Below, piece by piece: positions 30,928-40,723 of a stretch of DNA of 64,000 nucleotides (position 1 is its first letter; each line of letters starts with the position of its first letter). The notes beneath the pieces are model-generated. The model did not search any database. It was given only the letters and a program-made list of their open reading frames with translations, and was not told where the DNA came from. A program made the position numbers and the translations under genes. This DNA is from an uncultured Spirochaetota bacterium. Lineage in GTDB: Bacteria > Spirochaetota > Spirochaetia > SZUA-6 > Fen-1364. The DNA lies in contig CAVTHO010000005.1 in assembly GCA_963734545.1 (NCBI GenBank), positions 448,001 through 512,000 of the forward strand, written 5' to 3'.

Positions 30928-33213
30928 ATGGTACGCACATCGATCCTGGGCTATCCGCGCATGGGGCCGGCCCGAGAACTCAAAAAGGCCCTCGAGAAGT
31001 ACTGGTCGTCACAGAGCGACGAGCGCGCGCTTTTGAACGAAGCGGCGCGCGTCCGCGGGCTGCACTGGAAAGCGCAGGCGGCCGCCGGCATCGACTTCAT
31101 CCCATCGGGAGATTTCTCCCTCTACGACCACGTGCTGGATACCGCCGCCATGCTCGGCGCGTTTCCCGAGCGGTACGGTTCATCGGGCGAGGCGGTGTCG
31201 CTCTCCTCATATTTCGCCATGGCCCGGGGGAGCCAGGCGGCAGGCCGGGATCTTCCGGCACTGGAAATGACCAAGTGGTTCGACACCAACTATCATTACA
31301 TAGTTCCCGAGATCGACGCCCGGCAGCGCTTCCGTCTGTCTTTCACCCAGACGATCGACCATTTCGAGGAAGCCCGGGCAATGGGCGTGCGCACCCGGCC
31401 CGTCCTTCTGGGCCCTGTCACCTTCCTGTCGCTCGCCAAGCCGGCAGACGGAAAGACAGACCCCCTTTCGCTTCTGGAGGGAGTGCTTCCGGTCTACGAG
31501 CAGGCGCTTGCGCGCCTGGCCGGTCTGGGCGCCGGCTGGGTGCAGATGGATGAGCCGATCCTTGTGACCGATCTGGGTGAGCCGGCCCGCCAGGCGTTTC
31601 AGCGCGCGTACGCACGCCTCGGGAATATCGCCGGGCTTTCGATCATGCTCGCCACCTACTTCGGTGATCTGCGTGAGAACCTCGACCTGGTGCTGGGATC
31701 GCCCCTTGCAGGCCTGCACGTCGATCTCGTGAGGGGGCCGAAGCAGGGCGAGGAGATACTGTCCAGGAAGCCGAAAGAGCTCGTGCTCTCGCTCGGCCTC
31801 GTGGACGGCCGCAATATCTGGAAAGCGGATCTCGAGCAGGCAATCCGCAGCGCCGAGCGCTTTGTGAGCGCATTCGGCGCCGAGCGGGTGATCGTGGCGC
31901 CTTCCTGCTCTCTCCTTCACTGCCCGGAAGACCTGTCCCTGGAGACGGAGCTCGACCCAGAGCTTCTGAGCTGGATGGCATTCGCCCGGCAGAAGGCAAC
32001 GGAACTGACCGTGATTGCACGGGCCTTGAACAACGGGCGGCAGAGCGTCAGCGCCGAGCTGGAGGAGAGCCGCCGCGCGCAGCAGACTCGTCACGGCTCG
32101 CCGCGCACGACGAACAGAAAAGTGCGTGAGCGGCTCGCCGGGTTGACCCCTGCAATGGCACGCAGAAAGAGCCCCTACGCCGAGCGCCGCAAGACCCAGG
32201 CAGCGGCTCTGCGCATCCCCCTGTATCCGACGACCACCATCGGGTCGTTCCCGCAGACGCAGAAGGTGCGCGCCGCGCGCGCCGAGTTCCGCAAGGGGGC
32301 GCTCACGACGGCGCAGTACGAGCAGTTCCTCAAGGAAGAGATGGAGAGGACCATCAGGCTGCAGGAAGAGCTGGGCCTCGACGTGCTGGTCCACGGCGAG
32401 TTCGAGCGGAACGACATGGTCGAGTATTTCGGCGAGATGCTCTCAGGCTTCGCATTCACCCGGAACGGCTGGGTGCAGAGCTACGGATCCCGCTGCGTGA
32501 AGCCTCCCCTCATTTACGGGGACGTGGAGCGCCCGAACCCGATGACCGTCCGCTGGTCATCCCTTGCCCAGTCGCTCACCAAGCGGCTGATGAAAGGCAT
32601 GCTCACCGGGCCGGTGACTATTCTCCAGTGGTCATTCGTGCGTGACGATCAGCCCCGGGAGGTCACCTGCCGGCAGATCGCCCTTGCCATCCGCGACGAG
32701 GTGTGCGATCTCGAAGCCTCCGGCATCAAGCTCGTCCAGATCGACGAGCCGGCACTCCGCGAGGGACTGCCCCTGCGCCGATCCGACTGGAACGGGTACC
32801 TGTCCTGGGCGGTCGAGGCGTTCCGTCTCGCCTCGAGCGGGGTGAAGGACGCAACGCAGATTCACACCCATATGTGCTACTCGGAGTTCAATGACATCGT
32901 GCCTTCCATCGGGGCCATGGATGCGGACGTGATCTCGGTCGAATCCGCGCGGTCCCGCATGGAGCTGCTGGGCGCGTTCCATGACTACCGCTACCCCAAT
33001 GAAATCGGCCCCGGCGTGTATGACATCCATTCACCGCGCGTGCCCTCCGCGGATGAGATCACGGCGCTGCTGGAGAAGGCGCGGGAAGTGCTGAAACCGG
33101 AGCAGCTCTGGGTCAACCCGGACTGCGGCCTGAAGACCCGGCAATGGAACGAGGTGAAGCCGGCTCTGACCGCGATGGTCGAGGCGGCGCGGCGGCTTCG
33201 ACAGAAGAAGTAA
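30928..33213 (+). CDS. metE: B12-independent methionine synthase
   Basis: GYPRMG, KWFDTNYHY, TTTIGSFPQT, HGEFERNDMVEYF, HTHMCYS, WVNPDCGLKTR. Confidence 0.97.
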   Translation: MVRTSILGYPRMGPARELKKALEKYWSSQSDERALLNEAARVRGLHWKAQAAAGIDFIPSGDFSLYDHVLDTAAMLGAFPERYGSSGEAVSLSSYFAMARGSQAAGRDLPALEMTKWFDTNYHYIVPEIDARQRFRLSFTQTIDHFEEARAMGVRTRPVLLGPVTFLSLAKPADGKTDPLSLLEGVLPVYEQALARLAGLGAGWVQMDEPILVTDLGEPARQAFQRAYARLGNIAGLSIMLATYFGDLRENLDLVLGSPLAGLHVDLVRGPKQGEEILSRKPKELVLSLGLVDGRNIWKADLEQAIRSAERFVSAFGAERVIVAPSCSLLHCPEDLSLETELDPELLSWMAFARQKATELTVIARALNNGRQSVSAELEESRRAQQTRHGSPRTTNRKVRERLAGLTPAMARRKSPYAERRKTQAAALRIPLYPTTTIGSFPQTQKVRAARAEFRKGALTTAQYEQFLKEEMERTIRLQEELGLDVLVHGEFERNDMVEYFGEMLSGFAFTRNGWVQSYGSRCVKPPLIYGDVERPNPMTVRWSSLAQSLTKRLMKGMLTGPVTILQWSFVRDDQPREVTCRQIALAIRDEVCDLEASGIKLVQIDEPALREGLPLRRSDWNGYLSWAVEAFRLASSGVKDATQIHTHMCYSEFNDIVPSIGAMDADVISVESARSRMELLGAFHDYRYPNEIGPGVYDIHSPRVPSADEITALLEKAREVLKPEQLWVNPDCGLKTRQWNEVKPALTAMVEAARRLRQKK

Positions 33214-33217
33214 GGCT

Positions 33218-35062
33218 ACGAGACCAGATTTCCGTTCGAAACTTGAGCAGAAGACTCCGATTCTCTTCGACGGGGCAATGGGAACCATGCTCTACGAGCG
33301 GGGCGTGTTCCTCAATCGCTCCTTCGAGGAAGTGTGCCTCTCGGACCCGCAGCTTCTTCTCACGATCCATCGGGAGTACCTGGACGCGGGCGCCGATGTC
33401 CTGACAACGAACAGCTGGGGCGCCGGGCTCCCCAAGCTCCGCAGCGCGGGTCTCGCGGACAAATTCGAGAGCATCAACCGCGGAGCGGTCTCCCTTGCCC
33501 GCAGGGCCATCGAGGAAGCAGGACTCGCCGACTCCGTTTACGTGGCCGGATCGATCGGCCCTCTCGGCGTCAAGATCGAGCCGCTGGGCGCCATGAGCGC
33601 CGCGGAGGCGGAGGGGCTCTTCACGCGTCACGCCTCGATCCTGGCGGACGCCGGAGCCGACCTCATCATCCTCGAGACCTTCGTCGACGTGCGGGAGCTC
33701 GCTGCCGCGGTCCGCGGGGTGAGGAAGGGATGCGGGCTTCCGCTGATCGCCTCCCTCACGATCAACAGCGAGGGGACGTCCCTGTACGGGACCGAGCCCG
33801 AAATCTTCGCGACGGAGATCGACGCGCTCGCGCCGGATGTCATCGGGGTGAACTGTTCCGAGGGACCGAAGATCATGCTCGACACGGCGGAGAGGATGGT
33901 CAAAGTGGCGCAGCGGCCCCTCTGTATCCAGCCCAACGCGGGGATGCCCGCCAACGTCGACGGCCGCAACATCTACCAGACCACGCCGAAATACATGGCC
34001 AAGTACGCGAAACGCATGATCCAGTCCGGCGTGCTCATCGTCGGCGGCTGCTGCGGGACAACACCGGCCCACATCAGGGAGATCCGCCAGGAGATAAGGG
34101 CCCTTGCGCCGAGCATCCCGCGCGAGCGGATCCGTCTCGTGGTTCCGGAGCTGGGCCTCACGCCCGTCGCGCTGGAGAAAAAGAGCCGCTGGGCATCCAA
34201 GCTGGCGCACGGCGAGTGGGTCACCTGCGTCGAGCTGGTTCCGCCCAAGGGAATCGACGTCGAGAGGATTCTGGAGAACGCGCGCATCCTGAAAGAAAAG
34301 GGGATTGACGCGGTGAACGTACCGGACAGCCCTCGCGCGCAGGTCAAGATGGGCGCGGTCTCGGCATCGATCCTCCTGCAGCAGGGCACCGGCATCGAGG
34401 CAATCCCCCACTACACCTGCAAGGACAAGAACCTCCTGGCCCTCCAGGCGGATCTCCTGGGGGCACACGCGCTGGGCATCCGCAATATTCTCCTTGTCAC
34501 GGGTGACCCGCCCAACATGGGCACGTATCCCGACGCCACGGCGGTTTTCAATGTCGACTCCATCGGGCTGTGCAATCTGGCGAACATGCTCAACCACGGC
34601 TACGATCTGGGACACAATCCGGTCGGACGGCCGACCGAGTACTGCTTCGGCGTGGCCCTGAATCCCAGCGCGGTGAACCCCGACCGGGAGCTGGAGAGGT
34701 TCCGTTGGAAGCTCGAGGCGGGAGCGGAGTTCGCTATCACGCAGCCGGTGTTCGATGCCCAACCCCTCCTGCGCTTCGTCGACCGCCTGCGCGGAGCGCC
34801 CGGCATACCTATCATTGCGGGGATCTGGCCCCTCGTCAGCCTGCGCAACGCCGAGTTCATGAAGAACGAGGTGCCCGGAGTATTTGTTCCCGACTCCGTT
34901 ATAGCGCGCATGGCCCGGTGTGACACGAAGGAAGCAGCGCTGGAGGAAGGGACCGCGATTGCGCGGGAGCTTCTCGAAGTGTTGAGGGGAGTCATCGCGG
35001 GGGTGCAGCTTTCGGCACCTCTGGGCAAGGTCCAGAACGCCTTGAATGTCCTCGGACTCTGA
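33218..35062 (+). CDS. Bifunctional homocysteine S-methyltransferase/methylenetetrahydrofolate reductase (YitJ-like); homology starts upstream of ATG 33278
   Basis: ILFDGAMGTML, GVNCSEGP, PNAGMP, GGCCGTTP, then MTHFR domain (VELVPPKG, VTGDPP, KLEAGAEFAITQPVFD). Confidence 0.9.
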   Translation, partial: TRPDFRSKLEQKTPILFDGAMGTMLYERGVFLNRSFEEVCLSDPQLLLTIHREYLDAGADVLTTNSWGAGLPKLRSAGLADKFESINRGAVSLARRAIEEAGLADSVYVAGSIGPLGVKIEPLGAMSAAEAEGLFTRHASILADAGADLIILETFVDVRELAAAVRGVRKGCGLPLIASLTINSEGTSLYGTEPEIFATEIDALAPDVIGVNCSEGPKIMLDTAERMVKVAQRPLCIQPNAGMPANVDGRNIYQTTPKYMAKYAKRMIQSGVLIVGGCCGTTPAHIREIRQEIRALAPSIPRERIRLVVPELGLTPVALEKKSRWASKLAHGEWVTCVELVPPKGIDVERILENARILKEKGIDAVNVPDSPRAQVKMGAVSASILLQQGTGIEAIPHYTCKDKNLLALQADLLGAHALGIRNILLVTGDPPNMGTYPDATAVFNVDSIGLCNLANMLNHGYDLGHNPVGRPTEYCFGVALNPSAVNPDRELERFRWKLEAGAEFAITQPVFDAQPLLRFVDRLRGAPGIPIIAGIWPLVSLRNAEFMKNEVPGVFVPDSVIARMARCDTKEAALEEGTAIARELLEVLRGVIAGVQLSAPLGKVQNALNVLGL

Positions 35063-35212
35063 GCGCGCTGCAACTCACTCGTGGCTTGCAGCCTACCCCC
35101 GTTTTCTATACTTTGAGCTGGTAGTGCCACCAACCGCGCCAGGAGCGCGAGGGAGTGGCCGCCGGAATGCCGCCAACTGCGCCTGGAGCGCAAGGGAGCG
35201 GCCGCAGGTGCC

Positions 35213-35674
35213 ATGGGATACCTCTGGAGACTGTTCGCGTGGATGGGGCTTTTCCTCAGCGTCGCCCTCGCCGCGTTCGTGGCGACATTCCTTTTCATGC
35301 GCCGGCGCATCCTGCGCCGCGTGGAGGAGGAGCTGGGAAAGGACGCCCTCCTCATGGCTGCCGGCGCGCGCGTCGGGGAAAGCGGCAATGGAGAGAACGG
35401 CGGGTCATCATTGTCCAGCGGCATTCTCATGCTCCTCTCCAGCGGGTTGTACTTCCACGCATGGCTCGGCAGCCGCGAGGTTTTCGTGCCGGGACCTTCC
35501 ATATCGTGGATCGGTGTATCGGAGACGCGTGACGCACTGCGAGGGGAGCGCCACCGTATCGTCGTTCGCTTTCTGAACGCAGCGGGCAAGGAGGACGGCA
35601 TTGCGATCCGTCTCCTGTATCCCGCGCAGTGGGTGGCGGCAATCAAGACCCACCTGATCACGCGGGCAGGCTGA
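35213..35674 (+). CDS. Hypothetical protein with an N-terminal membrane anchor
   Basis: Hydrophobic N-terminus; fills the gap before aroC with matching codon style. Confidence 0.6.
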   Translation: MGYLWRLFAWMGLFLSVALAAFVATFLFMRRRILRRVEEELGKDALLMAAGARVGESGNGENGGSSLSSGILMLLSSGLYFHAWLGSREVFVPGPSISWIGVSETRDALRGERHRIVVRFLNAAGKEDGIAIRLLYPAQWVAAIKTHLITRAG

Positions 35675-35688
35675 GCAAAGGGGGACAC

Positions 35689-36759
35689 GTGCCGGGCAGC
35701 TCATTCGGACGCATCCTGGGCATCACCACATTCGGGGAGAGCCACGGCCCGGGCATCGGGGTGGTCGTGGACGGCTGCCCTCCGGGGGTGATCATCACCA
35801 CCGAGGACATCCAGAAAGAGCTGAACAGGCGAAAGCCCGGCCAGAGCGCCATCACGACCCCCCGTGCCGAAAAGGACAGGGTCGAGGTGCTCTCCGGAGT
35901 TTTCGACGGTCTCACGACCGGCACGCCCATCGCCCTGCTGATCAGGAACGAGGACAAGAAGAGCGAAGACTATGAGCCGTTGAAGCGGCTCATACGCCCC
36001 GGGCACGCTGACTGGACCTACGGCGCCAAATATGGCGTGCGGGACTGGCGCGGAAGCGGCCGCGCCTCGGGCCGGGAGACCGCCGCGCGCGTTGCCGCGG
36101 GTGCCATCGCGAAGAAGATCCTCGCCGCCCGCGGCGTTTCCCTCCTGGGGTACAGCCTGGAGATCGGCGGGGTGCGTGCCCGGCGCGTCGATCCGTCCGA
36201 AATAGAGAAGAACATGGTCCGCTCTCCGGATGCCGAGGCAGCGCCGCTCATGATCGCCCGTATCGAGGAGGCGCGCGCGGCCGGCGATTCCGTGGGCGGC
36301 ATTGTGGAAGTCGTGGCTTCGGGCTGCCCGGCGGGTCTCGGGGATCCGGTGTTCGACAAGCTGGAAGCCCTGCTCGCGCACGCGCTGATGTCAGTGGGCG
36401 CTGTACGGGGCGTGGAGGTCGGCGCGGGCTTCGAGGCGGCCCGCATGCGGGGCTCGGCCTACAATGACGAACCATACAGCGAGTCGGGACGGATGCGGAC
36501 GCGGACGAACAATGCCGGGGGGATCGCGGGCGGAATCTCCAACGGGATGGACATCGTCGTGCGCGCCGCGCTTCGCCCGCCGGCTTCGATCTCACGTCCG
36601 CAGAAGACCGTCGACGACGCGGGCGCCCCTGTCACCGTGGAAATCGGGGGCAGGCACGACCCGTGCATTGTGCCGCGCGCCGTGCCCGTGCTGGAGGCCA
36701 TGACCGCGCTCGTCCTGGCGGACTGCCTGCTGATCCAGGACGCCTACCGTTCCCGTTGA
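35689..36759 (+). CDS. aroC: Chorismate synthase
   Basis: TFGESHG, RPGHADWTY, GRASGRETAARVAAGA, GGISNG, GRHDPC. Confidence 0.96.
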   Translation: MPGSSFGRILGITTFGESHGPGIGVVVDGCPPGVIITTEDIQKELNRRKPGQSAITTPRAEKDRVEVLSGVFDGLTTGTPIALLIRNEDKKSEDYEPLKRLIRPGHADWTYGAKYGVRDWRGSGRASGRETAARVAAGAIAKKILAARGVSLLGYSLEIGGVRARRVDPSEIEKNMVRSPDAEAAPLMIARIEEARAAGDSVGGIVEVVASGCPAGLGDPVFDKLEALLAHALMSVGAVRGVEVGAGFEAARMRGSAYNDEPYSESGRMRTRTNNAGGIAGGISNGMDIVVRAALRPPASISRPQKTVDDAGAPVTVEIGGRHDPCIVPRAVPVLEAMTALVLADCLLIQDAYRSR

Positions 36760-36809
36760 CATCGGCAGGTGAGGCGGTATTAACTTGACTGGCGTACGCG
36801 TACCGATGA

Positions 36810-37277
36810 ATGTCGATGAAACTCATCCAATACATACGTCCTGAGTGCTTTCTCGTCGAGCTCCCCGAACAAACCCGGGAGGACGCGCTGCGGAGGATCG
36901 TGCACGCGGTTGCGGAGAAAGGCTACATCAAGGACGAGAAGGCCGTTTTTGCCAAGCTCATGGAGCGTGAGAATATCCAGAGCACCGCGGTGGGAAACGG
37001 CATCGCCATCCCGCACTGTTTCACCGACGAGGTCCCCGACCTGATCATCACGCTTGCACGATCGCGCGCGGGGCTCGAATTCGATTCTTTCGACGGGAAG
37101 CCCACGCAGGTCGTGTTCCTTCTCATGGGAAACCGCAAGGAGCACGGCCTGCACCTGAAGGCCCTTGCCCGGATCGCCCGGCTCATCAAGAGCACCTCCT
37201 TCATCGAGAGGATCGTCGCATCCTCCACCGTGGAGGACATGGTCAGGGCGTTCGAGCAGGAGGAGGGGAAGATCTGA
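36810..37277 (+). CDS. PTS IIA domain protein (fructose/Ntr-type)
   Basis: ERE..STAVGNGIAIPH, FDSFDGKP, HLKALARIAR. Confidence 0.9.
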   Translation: MSMKLIQYIRPECFLVELPEQTREDALRRIVHAVAEKGYIKDEKAVFAKLMERENIQSTAVGNGIAIPHCFTDEVPDLIITLARSRAGLEFDSFDGKPTQVVFLLMGNRKEHGLHLKALARIARLIKSTSFIERIVASSTVEDMVRAFEQEEGKI

Positions 37278-37609
37278 TGAAGCTCCTGTTCATCGTTCTG
37301 AACTCGACGGACAAGCTCGAGGAGGTCCTCGAGGGGCTGCTGGAAGTCGGTGTGACGGGCGCGACGGTCGTGGACTCCGTCGGCATGGGGCATATCATCG
37401 AGGATGTGCCCTTGTTCGCCGGCATGCGCAATGTTTTCCGCTCCTCCAAGCCCCACAACAACATGATTTTTTCCGTGATCAGCGACAACCAGGCCGCGGA
37501 GGCAATGGAAGTCCTCGACAAGATCCTGGGCTGCTCCCAGGACAAGGGCAGGGGCATTGCCTTCACGCTGCCCATCGATTCGGCCATCGGTGTCTGCAAG
37601 GACACCTGA
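37277..37609 (+). CDS. PII-like (GlnB superfamily) protein
   Basis: MKLLFIVLN, GVTGATVVDSVGMG, GRGIAFTLPID...G. Confidence 0.75.
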   Translation: MKLLFIVLNSTDKLEEVLEGLLEVGVTGATVVDSVGMGHIIEDVPLFAGMRNVFRSSKPHNNMIFSVISDNQAAEAMEVLDKILGCSQDKGRGIAFTLPIDSAIGVCKDT

Positions 37610-37616
37610 GCGGGCC

Positions 37617-39068
37617 GTGTACGACGTTGCGATCATAGGCGCCGGCGTGTCGGGAGCGGCAATCGCGCGTCGTCTTTCCTCCTATCGCATCAGCGTGGCG
37701 CTCATCGAACGCTGCGTGGACGCCTCTTTCGGCGTCTCAAAAGCCAATTCCGGCATCATCCATGCAGGCTTTCATCATGCGCCCTCCTCCCTCAAGGCGC
37801 GTCTCGAGGTGGCCGGCAACCGCGCTTTCGACGCTCTGCAGGCGGAGCTTGGTTTCCCTTTCCGCCGCAACGGCATTATCGTCGCCGCGTTCTCATGGGA
37901 AGAGATGAAGGTCGTGGATGGGCTGTACGCGCAGGGACTGGCCAACGGCGCCCGCGGCATCGAAATCGTCGGTCGTGACAGGATCCTCGCCCTGGAGCCG
38001 GCGCTGAGCAGTGACGTGGCCGGCGGTCTCTTCGCGCCGGAGGGCGGCATCATCGAGCCCTATCGATTCGTTTTCGCGCTGGTGGAATCTGCCGTTGCCA
38101 ACGGTGTGCGCTTTCTCACCGGCTGGGAGGTCAGCAAGGCACAGCGGGCCGGAGACGCGTGGCACATCACCTCCGCCGAAGGGGACGCCCTCGAAGCAAA
38201 GTGGGTGGTGAATGCCGCGGGCCTCCATGCCGACACCGTCTCGGCGATCTTCGGCGCGGAGCATTTCTCCATCATCCCCCGCAAAGGGGAGGAGTTCATA
38301 CTGGAAAAGGGATCTGCCGGACCCCCGAGCAGGGTCATCTTTCCGGTGCCGGCGCGTTCTTCCAAGGGCGTGCTGGTCATCCCCACGGTCGAGGGGACCG
38401 TGATGCTGGGCCCCACCGCGGAGGAGGGTGAGGACAAGGAGGACACCTCCACGACTCCGGAGAACCTGGATCGGGTCTTTGACCTCGCCACCCGCATGGT
38501 GCCCCGGATTTCCAAGCGGGACATCATCACGGCGTTCTCCGGGCTGCGCCCCACGCTTCCGGGCGACGATTTCTACATCGACCTCTCGCGCGAGGCGCCG
38601 GCGTTTGTGCAGGTGGCCGGCATACAATCGCCGGGCCTCACCGCGTCACCCGCGATCGCCGAGCGTGTCCGTGACCTCCTGAGTGAAGCGGGGCTGGCGC
38701 TCCCGGGGAAGCAGGACTGGCGTCCGGGGATCGCGCACATGGAGCGCACCCGGGACCGGGCCATCTCCGATCTGGATCGGCTGGTGGCAAAGGACCCTGC
38801 CTACGCGCACATCGTCTGCCGCTGCGAGGCTGTTTCAGAAGCAGAGGTCGTGGAAGCGATCCGCAAGGGACACACGACCCTGGACGGCATCAAGTACTAC
38901 ACGCGGGCCGGCATGGGCAGGTGCCAGGGGGGCTTCTGCACCTATCGGATCATGCGGCTCATTTCACGGGAGACGGGGCTGCCGCTGGAGCAGATCTCCA
39001 AGCACGGCCCGGGCAGCGAGCTCGTGGTAGACCGCATCGGCGCGGCCGAGCGCGGGGCCGGGTCGTGA
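37617..39068 (+). CDS. FAD-dependent oxidoreductase with a C-terminal BFD-like 2Fe-2S domain (glycerol-3-phosphate dehydrogenase-like)
   Basis: IIGAGVSG, SKANSGIIHAG, GIQSPGLTASPAIA, VCRCE...RAGMGRCQGGFC. Confidence 0.88.
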   Translation: MYDVAIIGAGVSGAAIARRLSSYRISVALIERCVDASFGVSKANSGIIHAGFHHAPSSLKARLEVAGNRAFDALQAELGFPFRRNGIIVAAFSWEEMKVVDGLYAQGLANGARGIEIVGRDRILALEPALSSDVAGGLFAPEGGIIEPYRFVFALVESAVANGVRFLTGWEVSKAQRAGDAWHITSAEGDALEAKWVVNAAGLHADTVSAIFGAEHFSIIPRKGEEFILEKGSAGPPSRVIFPVPARSSKGVLVIPTVEGTVMLGPTAEEGEDKEDTSTTPENLDRVFDLATRMVPRISKRDIITAFSGLRPTLPGDDFYIDLSREAPAFVQVAGIQSPGLTASPAIAERVRDLLSEAGLALPGKQDWRPGIAHMERTRDRAISDLDRLVAKDPAYAHIVCRCEAVSEAEVVEAIRKGHTTLDGIKYYTRAGMGRCQGGFCTYRIMRLISRETGLPLEQISKHGPGSELVVDRIGAAERGAGS

Positions 39069-40310
39069 TCAACCGCAGCGTCGACGCGGTCGTGGTGGGA
39101 GGCGGAAGCGCCGGCATGGCAGCCGCGCTCGCCATGCGTCAGGCGGGGCTGGCGGTGGCAATCGTCGAGCGTGATCCGTTCCTGGGCGGCATTCTGCTGC
39201 AGTGCATCCACAGCGGGTTCGGCCTGCACGAGTTCGGCCAGGACCTCACAGGCCCGGAGTACGCGGAGCGATTCATCGGTCCCGTGCTCGCGGCGGGGAT
39301 CGACATCCTGCTGGATGCCACGGTCATGGAGATAGGGGAGGAAGCGCCGCGCGGGAAAGGTGCTGACCGCATTCTCCCGGAGGCTCGGCATCGTCCGTTT
39401 TTCCTCGCGGGCCATTGTTCTTGCAATGGGCTGCCGGGAGCGCAACCGGGGAAACGTCGCCATTGCGGGCACGCGCCCATCCGGTGTCTTCACGGCGGGG
39501 CTGGCCCAGCGCCTCGTGAATGTCGAGGGGTGCATTCCCGGGCAGGCGCGCGGTGATCATCGGCTCCGGTGATATCGGGCTCATCATGGCGCGTCGTCTC
39601 ACCCTGATCGGCTGCAAGGTGCTTGCGGTGGTGGAGATCCAGCCGTATCCCTCCGGGAGCGTGCGCAACATCGTGCAATGCCTCAACGACTTTTCCATTC
39701 CGCTGTACCTGGGACACGTGGTGGTGAGAATAGAAGGCAGAAACAGGGTTGAAGAGGTGGAAGTGGCGCCCCTCGATGACGGGCATCCCGTCTCTGCAAA
39801 GAGCTTCCGCATTGCCTGTGACACGGTTCTTCTTTCCGTGGGCCTGATCCCCGAGAACGAGCTTGTCCCGTACCGCCGGTGTCTCCATCGAGGCAGGCAC
39901 GGGAGGTCCCTGGGTGGATGCCGACCTGATGACCCGCGTCGAAGGCATATTCGCCTGCGGAAATGTGCTGCACGTGCACGACCTGGTGGATTTCGTCACC
40001 GAAGAGGCGCGGCGGTGCGGGGAACGTGTCGTCGCATACCTCGGAGGAGAGCGGAGACAGGGCATGCTCACGGTCGCCTCGGGAGCGAACGTGCGATACG
40101 TGGTGCCCAATACGTTCGTGCCGGGCCGACAGAACGTGCTGTTTCTCAGGCCCCTCGTTGTGAAAAACGACGCGCGGCTGGAGGTGCGCGTAGGCGGGCA
40201 GGAGATCAAGACCCGCCGCCTGGCCCATGTACAGCCATCCGAGATGATCAGGCTCAGCCTGGAGAAGGACGCGGTTCCCGCCGGGGACGCGAGTCGCCGG
40301 CGGCGTGATG
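39065..40310 (+). CDS. NAD(P)/FAD-dependent oxidoreductase, several frameshifts; 3' end approximate
   Basis: [63 protein letters not shown]. Confidence 0.85.
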
Positions 40311-40324
40311 GAGGTGTCGATCCG

Positions 40325-40723
40325 GTGAGCGAACTGGCCTTCCACGCGGGACGCGTGGAGCTCGTGTGCATCGCGTGTCCCATCGGGTGCAGGTTGACCG
40401 TGACCTCGCGAACCGCCGAGGATGTGGAGGTCTCCGGTAATCGATGCCCGCGAGGGGATACATACGGCAGGGAAGAAATCCTAGCCCCCAGACGGATCGT
40501 CACGGCCACCGTGCCGACGGGATCCGCCTCGTTCCCCTGCGCTCCGGTCAGAACGGACAAGCCCCTTGCGCGCGAATTGATCCCGCAGCTTTTGCAGACC
40601 TTGTACGCGCAAACCGCGAACCTTCCCATTCGACAGGGAGATGTTCTGATGGACGATTTTCACGGGGTACGGGTTCTTTTTACCCGCACCCTACCACCTG
40701 ATGAGATTCCCCCCGTACGTTAG
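40325..40723 (+). CDS. DUF1667 family CxxC protein (third gene of the G3PDH-like cluster)
   Basis: CIACPIGC, GNRCPRG, PRRIVTATV, PVRTDKP. Confidence 0.8.
   Translation: MSELAFHAGRVELVCIACPIGCRLTVTSRTAEDVEVSGNRCPRGDTYGREEILAPRRIVTATVPTGSASFPCAPVRTDKPLARELIPQLLQTLYAQTANLPIRQGDVLMDDFHGVRVLFTRTLPPDEIPPVR

Noticed and set aside
30823-30928. Cobalamin riboswitch upstream of btuF or metE
   Set aside because: The region is too short and I could not find the conserved B12-box elements.
39863-40723. Natural fusion of the oxidoreductase with DUF1667
   Set aside because: The region is frameshift-rich, and a GGAGG followed by GTG at 40325 supports a separate gene.
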